A stretch of DNA of 51,887 bases, taken from assembly GCA_964634125.1 (NCBI GenBank), contig CAZWIP010000003.1, forward strand, positions 1 through 51,887. Direction: 5' to 3'. Within the stretch, counting starts at the first letter, position 1. Each line of letters starts with the position of its first letter. Position numbers and translations under genes: made by a program. Shown here in pieces: positions 38,629-48,524 of this stretch. This DNA is from an uncultured Dehalococcoidia bacterium (lineage in GTDB: Bacteria > Chloroflexota > Dehalococcoidia > SZUA-161 > SpSt-899). The notes under the pieces were generated by a model. That model did not search any database. It saw only the letters and a program-made list of their open reading frames with translations, and was not told where the DNA came from.

Positions 38629-41118
38629 CTATGATGCTGCGGATGAACCCGCTACCGCTGCCGCTCCTTTAAACACGAGCTCTTCGCCTTCTCGATCAAG
38701 ATGCACGGTATCGCCATCATGGTACTCACCCATAAGAATCTTTTCAGAAAGCGGGTCCTCTATCATGTTCTGGATTGTCCTTCTCAGCGGGCGCGCACCA
38801 AAAGTGGGATCAAATCCCTTCTCAGCCAGAAGCTCTTTGGCCTCTGTAGTCACCTCCAGGCCAATCCCCTGTTCCTTGAGTTGAATACCGACTTGGAACA
38901 GCATCAAATCGACTATCTGTATAATATGTTCCCTGGTTAACGCGTGGAATACAACTGTGCCATCCAATCGATTAATGAACTCAGGGCGGAAGCTTCTTTT
39001 CATCTCTTCAAGAAGTTTGTCCCTCATCTTTTCATATGAGAGTTTCTGTACCTTGGTTTCGTCTGTCCTGCTGACAAAACCAATAGTTCCTTCTTTCTTA
39101 ATGGTCTCAGCACCAATGTTACTCGTCATAATGATTACGGTATTACGGAAGTCAACCCGTCTTCCCTTGGCATCAGTGAGATGTCCATCATCGAATATCT
39201 GCAGCAGGATATTGAATACATCCGGATGCGCCTTCTCGATCTCGTCCAGAAGTATACACGAATATGATTTGGTCCGTACGGCCTCAGTAAGCTGTCCGCC
39301 CTCTTCAAATCCAATATATCCCGGAGGTGCTCCCATAAGCCGCGATACGGCGTGTCTCTCCATGAATTCCGACATATCCAATCTAATCAGAGCGTCTTCA
39401 CTACCAAACATGAACTCGGCCAGTGCCCGTACCAACTCGGTTTTACCCACACCTGTTGGTCCCAGGAAGGTAAATACCCCAATCGGTCTTTTGGGATCTT
39501 TGAGTCCCGCTCTAGCTCGACGTACTGCTTTTGAAATTAGTTCGATAGCTTCATCCTGACCGATAATGCGTTTGTGCAGGGCTTCCTCCATCTGAAGTAA
39601 CCTGGCTGTCTCATCTCCGGCCAGTTTAGTTACAGGAATGCCGGTCCACATGGCACATATTTCAGCGATATCCTCTTCGCCTACCTCAATATGCATTTCA
39701 GCATGCTCTTCTTTCCATTCCTGCTGTGTCTTGGTTATCTTCTCTTCCAACTTCAGTTCGCGGTCACGAACTTCAGCAGCATACTCATATTGCTGATTTC
39801 CAATAGCCTGTTCTTTCTCTTTCCGAACCGTTTCAAGAGCTTTTTGCAGTTCTGCTATTGGGAGCGGTGGCGTTAAGTTTGAGATCCGTACCCGAGAGGA
39901 AGCTTCATCAATAAGATCAATGGCTTTATCCGGAAGGAAACGATCTGGAATGTATCTAGAAGCAAGATTTGCCGCTGTCTTCAAAGCCTCGTCACTAATT
40001 GTCAGTTGATGGTGCTCCTCATATCTCGATTTTATCCCGCGAAGTATCTCAATAGTCTCTTCGATTGTAGGTTCTTCAACTAAAATAGATCCAAATCGCC
40101 GCTCTAAAGCGGGATCCTTTTCCACATGTTTCCGATACTCACTGGCAGTAGTTGCTCCAATACACTGCAGTTCACCGCGCGCCAGGGCAGGTTTAAGAAG
40201 ACTGGAAGCATCGACTGCCCCCTCTGCTGCGCCAGCCCCGACTAAAGTGTGTATCTCATCAATAAAGAGCATCACATTCCCGGCCGCTTTTATTTCGGCA
40301 ATGACCTTCTTTAAACGCTCTTCAAATTCACCTCTGTATTTGGTTCCGGCAACGAGGGCACCAATGTCAAGCGTAACCAGTCTCTTTCCACGCAGGGTCT
40401 CCGGTATCTCTCCTGAAGCGACTCTATGAGCGATAGCCTCAGCGATGGCAGTCTTGCCCACGCCAGCCTCTCCGATCAGAACAGGATTATTCTTGCGACG
40501 TCGACTCAGTATTTGAACCACACGCTGCTGCTCTTTCTCACGGCCAACAACGGGATCCAGTTTGCCTGCGGCTGCTGCTTCAGTGAGATCAACTCCCAAT
40601 TGATCCAGTGTAGGAGTCTTACTGGTGGAAGCAGCTTTTGCTCCAGACCCAGATCCGGCCCGAGCCTGAGGTAAGCTCTCACTCAAGAAACGGGTTACCT
40701 CCGAGCGTGCCTTCTCCAAACTCACACCAAGACTTTCCAAAACTCCGGCAGCCACTCCTTCGCCTTCCCGTAATAAGCCCAGGAGCAGATGCTCAGTACC
40801 AATGTAGTTATGATTCAGGTGTCGTGCCTCATCAACCGCAAGTTCAATCACCTTTTTGGCTCTCGGGGTCAGGCCAACTTCACCCTGACTCTTGCTTTCT
40901 CCCCGGCCAATAACAAATTCAACCGCAGTTTTAACTTTCGAGAGTTCCACTCCGAGGTTCCCCAACACCTTGGTCCCCACACCGGAGCCTTCTGACACTA
41001 TCCCCAACAGAATGTGCTCAGTGCTTATATAGCTGTGGTTAAAGCGCTGGGCCTCTTCTTGAGCCAACGCTAGAACTTTCCGCGCTCTTTCTGTGAATTT
41101 ATCAAATCGGCTAGACAT
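38629..41118 (-). CDS. clpC: ATP-dependent Clp protease ATPase ClpC
   Basis: Double Clp-N repeats, GEAGVGKT, UVR coiled coil, GPTGVGKT, GARPLRR. Confidence 0.97.
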   Translation of the reverse strand: MSSRFDKFTERARKVLALAQEEAQRFNHSYISTEHILLGIVSEGSGVGTKVLGNLGVELSKVKTAVEFVIGRGESKSQGEVGLTPRAKKVIELAVDEARHLNHNYIGTEHLLLGLLREGEGVAAGVLESLGVSLEKARSEVTRFLSESLPQARAGSGSGAKAASTSKTPTLDQLGVDLTEAAAAGKLDPVVGREKEQQRVVQILSRRRKNNPVLIGEAGVGKTAIAEAIAHRVASGEIPETLRGKRLVTLDIGALVAGTKYRGEFEERLKKVIAEIKAAGNVMLFIDEIHTLVGAGAAEGAVDASSLLKPALARGELQCIGATTASEYRKHVEKDPALERRFGSILVEEPTIEETIEILRGIKSRYEEHHQLTISDEALKTAANLASRYIPDRFLPDKAIDLIDEASSRVRISNLTPPLPIAELQKALETVRKEKEQAIGNQQYEYAAEVRDRELKLEEKITKTQQEWKEEHAEMHIEVGEEDIAEICAMWTGIPVTKLAGDETARLLQMEEALHKRIIGQDEAIELISKAVRRARAGLKDPKRPIGVFTFLGPTGVGKTELVRALAEFMFGSEDALIRLDMSEFMERHAVSRLMGAPPGYIGFEEGGQLTEAVRTKSYSCILLDEIEKAHPDVFNILLQIFDDGHLTDAKGRRVDFRNTVIIMTSNIGAETIKKEGTIGFVSRTDETKVQKLSYEKMRDKLLEEMKRSFRPEFINRLDGTVVFHALTREHIIQIVDLMLFQVGIQLKEQGIGLEVTTEAKELLAEKGFDPTFGARPLRRTIQNMIEDPLSEKILMGEYHDGDTVHLDREGEELVFKGAAAVAGSSAAS

Positions 41119-41328
41119 CTCTCCCCCTACGTTCCATATCTCCGTCTAAGTATATTATACGCTCCATATGGTTAAAACACAAAATTTATGGGACTAATTT
41201 CTCAAATACTCTACTCAATTTCCACCAGACTGTTTATCACGTTGTTTTTTGTGACTGATCCGCATCTGCCGATCACTTTCACGAAGTACCATGGATTTCA
41301 GCCAGCGGCAAAATAGGTCAATTAGATC

Positions 41329-41363
41329 AATATACGTTCAGCGATATCTGATGAACGTATATT
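41329..41363. repeat. 12-bp perfect inverted repeat
   Basis: AATATACGTTCA-N11-TGAACGTATATT. Confidence 0.85.
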
Positions 41364-41374
41364 AGGTACGAAGA

Positions 41375-41402
41375 AGTATAACAGAAAGCTAATCTGTGTC
41401 AA
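41375..41402 (-). promoter_or_regulatory. Putative promoter about 250 nt upstream of clpC
   Basis: Minus strand TTGACA, 16 nt, TATACT with TG extension. Confidence 0.55.
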
Positions 41403-41443
41403 GAGGGTAGACCCGAGAATCGAGGATCAAATTGGAGTAAAAC

Positions 41444-44400
41444 CTACCTAATAACTGCAAGAGTCAGTTCATGCCCATCGATCTTGTGGGCCTCCACATA
41501 AGCTGCATTCGGAGGTTCACCTTCATTAAGTTCTTTGGACAGGGTTTCTTGTTTGATATAATCTGCAAATTTAACCATGACTTGACCAATGGATTGGTCG
41601 CCATGATAGCTGGTTTCGATGTGGTCAGCAATGTCAAATCCCGCAGAACGCCGCATGTTCTGTAAACGATGGACTATCTCGCGCACCAGACCTTCTTCCA
41701 GAAGTTCAGTGGAGATTTCTGTGGTTATTCCAACCAGATAACCGCCTTCTTCGGCAACAGCCACTCCATCTTTTGGTTTGGTAGCCACGATTATCTCATC
41801 TGGAAGTAGGCTTAATCCTGAAACCTGAACTTCACTTCCCTCTTTGACACTAGCCGCTATTTCATGAGAATCGAGTTCCGCCAGTCCGTTTCTTATTTTA
41901 CCCAATTCTTTGCCATATTTGGGTCCGAGCAACGTCAGATTAGGTTTGATTTCGTAATCAACCAACTCGCTTTCATCAGTGGCAAAAACCATAGATTTAA
42001 CGTTCAGTTCCTCCAGCACTTGATGCTCCAGTGCTTTCAATCCATGTTCTTCCGATTTTACTCTGACTTTTACGATCACTTTTTCAAGCGGCTGGCGCAC
42101 TTTGATGCTGGCTTTGCTCCGGGCAGAGCGTCCCAGACTGGTGGCCTTAATCACTAGTTCAGTATCAGCAGATAATCGTTTATCGATCTTGGAATGATCC
42201 GCTATTGGGAAATCAACCAAATGCACACTCTGTGGGGCCTCGGGATAACAGGTGTACACCAGGTTCTGATATATCTCATCAGCAATAAACGGAGCAATCG
42301 GAGCAAGGAGCTTTGCCAAAGTGGTCAGGCATTCATAGAGCGTGGCATGAGCAGATAGCTTGTCATTATCGTTTTCGCTCTTCCAGAAACGCCGCCGGCT
42401 CCTCCTGATGTACCAATTGGAAAGATCATCTACGAAGCTTTCGATCTTTCTTCCGGCAGTGGTAACGTCATAGTTATCCAGTGAATTACCAACCTCATCA
42501 ACAAGCTGGTTCAACTCTGAAAGAATCCAGCGGTCCAGTTCAGGCCGGTTTTTCAGATCCTCGACGGTTCGGGGATCGAATTTATCGATATTAGCATAGG
42601 TTACAAAGAAGGAGTATGTATTCCAAAGTGTCAACATAAATCGGCGTACACACTCCAGAATAGCATCGGTAGAAAACCTGCGTACATTTCCCGGAGGCGA
42701 CGAAGTAACCAGATACCAGCGCAAGGCATCAGCTCCGAACTCGTTGATCACCTGCCAGGGCTCGACTACATTCCCTTTCGATTTGCTCATCTTCTCGCCT
42801 TCGGCGTCGAGAATGTGGCCCAGACAAATCACGTTGCGAAAACAGGGTTGATCAAAGAGAATCATCGAAATGGCATGGAGACTGTAGAACCATCCTCGTG
42901 TCTGGTCGACAGCTTCGCAGATGTAATCCGCCGGAAAACGTCCGTCAGTAAGCAAGGTTCCATTTTCGAAAGGATAGTGCATCTGGGCAATAGGCATGGC
43001 GCCGGAATCGAACCAGCAATCAATGACTTCCGGTACTCGATGCATGATACCGCCACATCGACATGTAAAGATTATCTCATCCATGTATGGACGATGGAAA
43101 TCCGGCTCATCGATTATACCAACGACACCTGGTTTACCCTTCAAATCGTCAAACCCGCCGATGCAGTCAAGTTCCCCACATGCCTCACAACGCCATACTG
43201 GTAGCGGTGTGCCCCAGTATCGCTCCCGAGAGAACGCCCAGTCAACATTATTCTGAAGCCAGTCACCGAAGCGTCCATATTTGATATGCTCCGGATACCA
43301 ATTTAATTGATTGTTGCCATTGATAAGGGCATCTTTTTTGGCAGTAGTTTTGATGTACCAAGACGGTTTGGCATAGTAAACAAGGGGGGTATTACAGCGC
43401 CAGCAGAAGGGATAAGTGTGCTTTATCGTCTCTCGATGATGCAGGAGCCCGCGCGATTTCAAATCATCCAGAATAAGAGGGTCAGCTTCCTTCACAAACT
43501 TGCCTTCCCAGGGCTTGCCCGAAGGCATCATGTTCCCATCGAGGTCCACAGTATGGATTATAGGCAGGTCTTCAGCTTGGCCTATATCATAGTCTTCTTG
43601 ACCATAGGCCGGGGCAATATGGACAATTCCAGTGCCATCTTCCATAGAAACAAAATCGGCTAAAATCACCCGATTGTATTGGCGTAACTCTCCGCCACCA
43701 ACTACAAAATCAGGCTTCGGTTCGAAGAGACGCTCATATTCGATTCCAACAAGTTCCTCTCCTGAGAACTCCTCCAGAATCTCCCAGCTATCAGGGCCCA
43801 GAACCTGTTCCAAAAGTGCTTTGGCAAAGATGAGCTGCTCGGCCGTTCCCTCCGAGGAAACGGCCTTGACCAATACATATGTTTCATCCGGATTGACCGC
43901 TAATGCCACATTTGCTGTAAGCGTCCAGGGAGTAGTGGTCCAGGCAAGGAGATGAGTCGGTAAATTGGCTTCAGATTCAAACGGTATGTCTGAGGCAATT
44001 TTGAAACGAACAAAAATCGAAGGATCGGGGGTGTCATCCTTGTAACCCAGAGCCACTTCATGTGAACTCAGAGACGTACCACAACGGGGACAATGAGGAG
44101 TCACCCTGTAACCCTGATAGACCAGGTCCCTATCCCAGAGCTGCTTGAGTAACCACCAACAGGATTCGATATAGCTATTGTTGTAAGTTATATAGGGGTG
44201 ATCCAGATCAACCCAGAAACCAATGCGTTCAGTTAGTTTGTCCCAGTCCCCGATATTGTTGGACACACTTTCTCGGCATAGCTGATTGAACTTTCCAATG
44301 CCATAGGATTCAATCTCTGTTTTGGAAGTAAACCCGAGCTTGTTCTCAATCCCCAATTCCACCGGTAATCCATGTGTATCCCATCCAGCAATACGAGGAG

Positions 44401-44635
44401 TGTGATACCCCTTCATCGCTTTGTAACGTGGGAAAACATCTTTGAATACCCGAGAGAGCACATGATGAATTCCGGGGGCAGCATTAACTGTTGGTGGACC
44501 TTCGTAAAGTTGATATAGAGGAGCACCCTCGCGTTGCTCAACGCTCTTCTGGAAAATGCGTTGCTCTTGCCAGAACTTGAGTATCTGCTCCTCTAGGGCA
44601 GGAAATTTGGGCTTGCTGTCTATGGGGCGAAACAT
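41444..44635 (-). CDS. ileS: Isoleucine--tRNA ligase (type 2)
   Basis: EGPPT...GIHH, GWDTHGLP, WTTTPWTL, DQTRGWF, KMSKS; long type-2 C-terminus. Confidence 0.98.
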   Translation of the reverse strand: MFRPIDSKPKFPALEEQILKFWQEQRIFQKSVEQREGAPLYQLYEGPPTVNAAPGIHHVLSRVFKDVFPRYKAMKGYHTPRIAGWDTHGLPVELGIENKLGFTSKTEIESYGIGKFNQLCRESVSNNIGDWDKLTERIGFWVDLDHPYITYNNSYIESCWWLLKQLWDRDLVYQGYRVTPHCPRCGTSLSSHEVALGYKDDTPDPSIFVRFKIASDIPFESEANLPTHLLAWTTTPWTLTANVALAVNPDETYVLVKAVSSEGTAEQLIFAKALLEQVLGPDSWEILEEFSGEELVGIEYERLFEPKPDFVVGGGELRQYNRVILADFVSMEDGTGIVHIAPAYGQEDYDIGQAEDLPIIHTVDLDGNMMPSGKPWEGKFVKEADPLILDDLKSRGLLHHRETIKHTYPFCWRCNTPLVYYAKPSWYIKTTAKKDALINGNNQLNWYPEHIKYGRFGDWLQNNVDWAFSRERYWGTPLPVWRCEACGELDCIGGFDDLKGKPGVVGIIDEPDFHRPYMDEIIFTCRCGGIMHRVPEVIDCWFDSGAMPIAQMHYPFENGTLLTDGRFPADYICEAVDQTRGWFYSLHAISMILFDQPCFRNVICLGHILDAEGEKMSKSKGNVVEPWQVINEFGADALRWYLVTSSPPGNVRRFSTDAILECVRRFMLTLWNTYSFFVTYANIDKFDPRTVEDLKNRPELDRWILSELNQLVDEVGNSLDNYDVTTAGRKIESFVDDLSNWYIRRSRRRFWKSENDNDKLSAHATLYECLTTLAKLLAPIAPFIADEIYQNLVYTCYPEAPQSVHLVDFPIADHSKIDKRLSADTELVIKATSLGRSARSKASIKVRQPLEKVIVKVRVKSEEHGLKALEHQVLEELNVKSMVFATDESELVDYEIKPNLTLLGPKYGKELGKIRNGLAELDSHEIAASVKEGSEVQVSGLSLLPDEIIVATKPKDGVAVAEEGGYLVGITTEISTELLEEGLVREIVHRLQNMRRSAGFDIADHIETSYHGDQSIGQVMVKFADYIKQETLSKELNEGEPPNAAYVEAHKIDGHELTLAVIR

Positions 44636-44660
44636 GAGGCCGACTTAGCACATCTCCACT

Positions 44661-45365
44661 TCAACTTCGTTTCTTCGGATAAACAACCACCTTGCGACGA
44701 TCGCCAGTACCCACACTACCAGTAGTAATATCCAAATCGTCACGGAGCGTAATATGAACTGCTCTCCGTTCCCAGGCCAGCATCGGCTCCAACATAATGG
44801 AACGTCCTTTGGATTTCACCATATCTGCGATACGCAAGGCTGTATTACCTAATTCTTCCTGGCGTCTTTTACGATATCCCGCTACATCAACAATCACTCT
44901 GACGCCACTTTGGTGTTTTCGACTCGCAATAAAGTTCACCATGTACTGCAAGGCTGATAGGCTTTGGCCACGTCGGCCGATAAGAATCCCCGGATCATCA
45001 CTTTTTATTTCGAGTGTCAGTGGAATATCATCACCATCAGAAATTGTCATCTCAACAGACGCAGAGACATCCATTAGGGAAAGTATCTGCTCAATTACAT
45101 CTCTAGCTGTTTCACCAATTGCATTGTTATCTGGCGCTGCCTCAACCGGTTTGACGCTCCCCTCATCTTCCATGCTCTTCCCCTCTCCCGCAGATGCCAG
45201 CGGAACAACTTTCACCAGTGCTTCCTCACCACCCCATCCGAGAATACCACGTTTTCCTTCCTGCAATACTTCAATTTCTACATCGGAGCGATTAAGCCCC
45301 ATCTCTGATAATGCGGTTTCAACTGCCTCTTCTACGGTTTTTCCGTTTGCTTCTCGAGCTTCCAT
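44661..45365 (-). CDS. jag: RNA-binding protein Jag/EloR/KhpB
   Basis: GKTVEEA N-domain, KH domain (LIGRRG), R3H domain (ERRAVH). Confidence 0.95.
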   Translation of the reverse strand: MEAREANGKTVEEAVETALSEMGLNRSDVEIEVLQEGKRGILGWGGEEALVKVVPLASAGEGKSMEDEGSVKPVEAAPDNNAIGETARDVIEQILSLMDVSASVEMTISDGDDIPLTLEIKSDDPGILIGRRGQSLSALQYMVNFIASRKHQSGVRVIVDVAGYRKRRQEELGNTALRIADMVKSKGRSIMLEPMLAWERRAVHITLRDDLDITTGSVGTGDRRKVVVYPKKRS

Positions 45366-46242
45366 CTCCAGTACCTTTACCTTTCTCTGTAGTCATTTTG
45401 TTTTTCTTGGCTGCTGCTTTAATCTCTTTTGCTGTTTTATCCTCCGGTGGCGGAGGTACCTCAACCCCTTGCCCACCAGGCGTTGCAAGAGCAGGTCTGC
45501 GCAATAATCGCGTTCCAATCTCTGTCCATCTGCCAGTAATAGAGAACTGGACAATCATCCGTATGATATTTGCAATCAGGATATACATTGGTAGTCCGCT
45601 GGGAAAATTAATAAATACCACACATAGGACAACAGGGAACATCATCTGCATCATCTGCTGCATCTGTTGCTGCTTGGGATCAATTGCCGGCGTCGCTGAA
45701 ATTTTCTGAGTAAACCACATGGTTATCCCAACCAGAATCACCAGCATAAAGTTGGGTTCGGCCAAGTCTATACCAAGAAAAACTCTATCCGGAGGTACAC
45801 CTTCCTGAACTGGGGACCACGAATACAGCTTTCCTGACAGCGTTACCATGCGTTCCGGGGTTGTTGCCAGAGCATTCATGATTCCTTGATAAATAGCAAG
45901 CCAAATAGGCATCTGAACGATAAGTAGCAGCATCGGAGATATACATCCTGCAGGACTGAAACCGTGCTCTTTCCAAAGCTTGAAAGTTTCTGCCTGTAGT
46001 TTCTGCTTGTCCTTGGCATACTTTTTCTGCAACTCCTGCATCTTCGGCGCCATCGCGCGCTGTTTCTCCTGCATGGCAATCATTGAGCGCGTCTGCTTTA
46101 TAGTCAGTGGAAGCATGATGAGATTAATAATAACGGTGACAACGATAATGGAGAGCCCGAAGCTGTCTCCAAATACATTGGACAGCGCTATCAGACAATT
46201 GAGGACTGGTTCAAGAAAGACTGTATTAAAGAATTCTATCAA
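45319..46242 (-). CDS. yidC: Membrane protein insertase YidC/Oxa1
   Basis: FGLSII..LPLT, PKMQELQKKY, GC..P.L.QMPI, PSGL..Y. Confidence 0.95.
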   Translation of the reverse strand: MIEFFNTVFLEPVLNCLIALSNVFGDSFGLSIIVVTVIINLIMLPLTIKQTRSMIAMQEKQRAMAPKMQELQKKYAKDKQKLQAETFKLWKEHGFSPAGCISPMLLLIVQMPIWLAIYQGIMNALATTPERMVTLSGKLYSWSPVQEGVPPDRVFLGIDLAEPNFMLVILVGITMWFTQKISATPAIDPKQQQMQQMMQMMFPVVLCVVFINFPSGLPMYILIANIIRMIVQFSITGRWTEIGTRLLRRPALATPGGQGVEVPPPPEDKTAKEIKAAAKKNKMTTEKGKGTGDGSSRSKRKNRRRGS

Positions 46243-46254
46243 GGTTTTTCCTCG

Positions 46255-47664
46255 TTATTTGTCCCCAAGGGATTCCCTGCGGGGAATCCCTTCTTCTACA
46301 CTAAAAGTGTACAACGTGTCATTATGATTAAGTACATAAGCGGTAGTTCCGGAGATGAAAGGGTCAGCAAGAATCTTTTTCTCAAGGTTAATCTTGTTCG
46401 ATTTCTCAAATCCGCTCTCCGGATCTATTCTGTAAACAAAACCATCCTTGGAAGCTATCAACAGGGTATTATCGACAATCATAGCTGCCGCTCTGATTGC
46501 GCCCCCAGTTCCAAACGGCCTGTTCCATTTCGCCTTTCCGGTGGCAGCATCAAGAGCATAGACACTATGATCCAGGTTGCCAACATAGACCGTTCCATCG
46601 CTGTAGACGGGTGTCGTATAGAACCAATTCTCAGCTTCAAACGGCTGGTCCCATTTGTCATCACCAGTGGACGCATCCAGGGCATAGAATCTATTTTCAA
46701 ACGTACCTATGTAAAGCGTATCCTCAGCTATTAAAGGAGTCGAAACGACAGCCCCACCAAAGTCTCTTTTCCAGACCTCATTCCCGGATTCTAGATCGAC
46801 AGCATACAGACCATGCTTTAGAGTGCCAAAATAGATCTTACCGTCAGAAATCACTGGATTCCCCCAGATTTGCCCATCAGCTTCGAAAGATCTCCACAAA
46901 GAAGTCCCATTTCTAACATCCAGAGCATCGAGTTTATCACCAGATGCCACAACAAGGATATTATCACTAAGTATCGGGCTGCTCACTATGTCGCGATCGG
47001 TATCATGGGCCCACCGAATGCCCCTTACCGTTACATATTCTCTAATCTCGCCTGCATGTTCTTCAGTAATAATATTGCGCTCAACTGCAAGCTCAAGCCA
47101 TGTCATTTGACCACCAAGAGTGCCCTCAACACCAAGCCTGTCTTCTATCTGCTTACCCTGGTCTTTGGAAATAATGCCTAAATCTACAACATCATCCATA
47201 TCTATACCCACATTTGTAATAGCGACATCTTCAGTATCTGGCTTCTCCTTTTGCCTTTCGTACTCGATGAGATTCGCGTACTCCTGAGAAGCGCTACCAC
47301 TGTTGATGGCATATACTATTCCATCGTAGGCAGCTATGTAGACCATTTCGTCATCAACCGCTGGATTGCCATATACAACCAATTCACTGGAAACCGGCGC
47401 CGAGCAGCCAAAGCCTCCGCCCGCAGTTTGTGTATTCCCGGGGGCAAATTTCCAGGCCACTTCGTGGTTTTCAGATAGGTCCAAAGCCAGAAGTTTGCCT
47501 TGATCTTTTGAGACTACATAGAGGGTATCATCGGATACAACAGGCCCTGCCAAACCGTCAGGCCCAAACCTGTCACCACCCGGCATGCATCCTGTGAGGA
47601 GCAAACCACATACGAGGACAATTATTGCGGATTTCAGTATTAAGTTATTTTGAGAAACTGGCAT
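46255..47664 (-). CDS. PQQ/BamB-like beta-propeller lipoprotein
   Basis: Lipobox LLLTGC; repeated P.V...VY.G..D..YALD..TG..W blades. Confidence 0.88.
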   Translation of the reverse strand: MPVSQNNLILKSAIIVLVCGLLLTGCMPGGDRFGPDGLAGPVVSDDTLYVVSKDQGKLLALDLSENHEVAWKFAPGNTQTAGGGFGCSAPVSSELVVYGNPAVDDEMVYIAAYDGIVYAINSGSASQEYANLIEYERQKEKPDTEDVAITNVGIDMDDVVDLGIISKDQGKQIEDRLGVEGTLGGQMTWLELAVERNIITEEHAGEIREYVTVRGIRWAHDTDRDIVSSPILSDNILVVASGDKLDALDVRNGTSLWRSFEADGQIWGNPVISDGKIYFGTLKHGLYAVDLESGNEVWKRDFGGAVVSTPLIAEDTLYIGTFENRFYALDASTGDDKWDQPFEAENWFYTTPVYSDGTVYVGNLDHSVYALDAATGKAKWNRPFGTGGAIRAAAMIVDNTLLIASKDGFVYRIDPESGFEKSNKINLEKKILADPFISGTTAYVLNHNDTLYTFSVEEGIPRRESLGDK

Positions 47665-47712
47665 CTATTCCTAATTCTGGAACAGCACATAATGTGCTGT
47701 TTAATTCAAAAT

Positions 47713-47922
47713 CTACGGTACCGGGTCGAAGCCACCTTTGGCAAACGGGTGACAGCGCACAATTCGGCAAGCAGTCATCCATCCACCTTTCCAGAACCCG
47801 TGTTTATTAATTGCTTCATACCCGTAATGAGAGCACGTTGGCTGGTAGCGACAAGCGGGTGGTGTTAGCGGGGAAATTACTCTCTGGTAGAACCAAATCA
47901 ACCCCAGAGCAACCTTCTTCAT
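47713..47922 (-). CDS. yidD: Membrane protein insertion efficiency factor YidD
   Basis: [28 protein letters not shown]. Confidence 0.96.
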   Translation of the reverse strand: MKKVALGLIWFYQRVISPLTPPACRYQPTCSHYGYEAINKHGFWKGGWMTACRIVRCHPFAKGGFDPVP

Positions 47923-48267
47923 CTACCCTCTCCCCAGCAACTTTGCCCGGTTTAAAATACCAACAAATGCTGGCTCAATCTCCTGATATCGGGCTCCAAC
48001 GGCTCCCTTACGAGCAATTATTACTATGTCCCAGCCCGATTCAACGGGTGTTAATCTCACTGCTTCCCGCAGAAGCCTTTTCACCCTGTTTCTTACAACT
48101 GCATTCCCGATTTTCTTACTGGCCACAATGCCAAATCGGCTTTCTTCCAAACTGTTGGGCATTGCCTTAATGACCATCGCATCGTTCGCCCAGAATTTGC
48201 CTTCCTTAAAGACTGCGGCGAATTGAGAAGTTTTGGTTAACCGTTCCTCCTTCCCCTTCCCCACCAT
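47923..48267 (-). CDS. rnpA: Ribonuclease P protein component
   Basis: RL....F..V, RFGIVASKKIGNAVVRNRVKR. Confidence 0.97.
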   Translation of the reverse strand: MVGKGKEERLTKTSQFAAVFKEGKFWANDAMVIKAMPNSLEESRFGIVASKKIGNAVVRNRVKRLLREAVRLTPVESGWDIVIIARKGAVGARYQEIEPAFVGILNRAKLLGRG

Positions 48268-48285
48268 AAACGTCCTTATAACTGC

Positions 48286-48423
48286 CTAAACAGTCAAACG
48301 GTGACGCCCTTTCAGGCGCCTTCTGGCTAAAACTGCACGACCGCCGCGTGTACTCATGCGGGCTATAAAGCCGTGTTTACGCTTTCTAGGTTTTCTTTTT
48401 GGTTGATAAGTTCTTTTTGGCAT
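48286..48423 (-). CDS. rpmH: 50S ribosomal protein L34
   Basis: Hand translation [45 protein letters not shown]; absent from the ORF track. Confidence 0.98.
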   Translation of the reverse strand: MPKRTYQPKRKPRKRKHGFIARMSTRGGRAVLARRRLKGRHRLTV

Positions 48424-48453
48424 TTTCAGCTATTCCTTGGAGACACGTAGGGT

Positions 48454-48483
48454 ATTATACCCTCATAATGCCTTCTCTGGCAA
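48454..48483 (-). promoter_or_regulatory. Putative rpmH operon promoter
   Basis: Minus strand TTGCCA, 18 nt, TATAAT. Confidence 0.6.
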
Positions 48484-48524
48484 GGAGCCGACTATACTCT
48501 CGAAATGGAGCTGGTTAGTAGTCC

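Noticed and set aside
41196-41223. Possible further heptamer array (AATTTCT...AATTTCC)
   Set aside because: Too degenerate and has no complementary arm
44797-45507. Long antisense ORFs (this 236-aa one, 38957-39559, 24352-24930 and others)
   Set aside because: Shadows of well-conserved genes on the opposite strand, with no recognisable motifs
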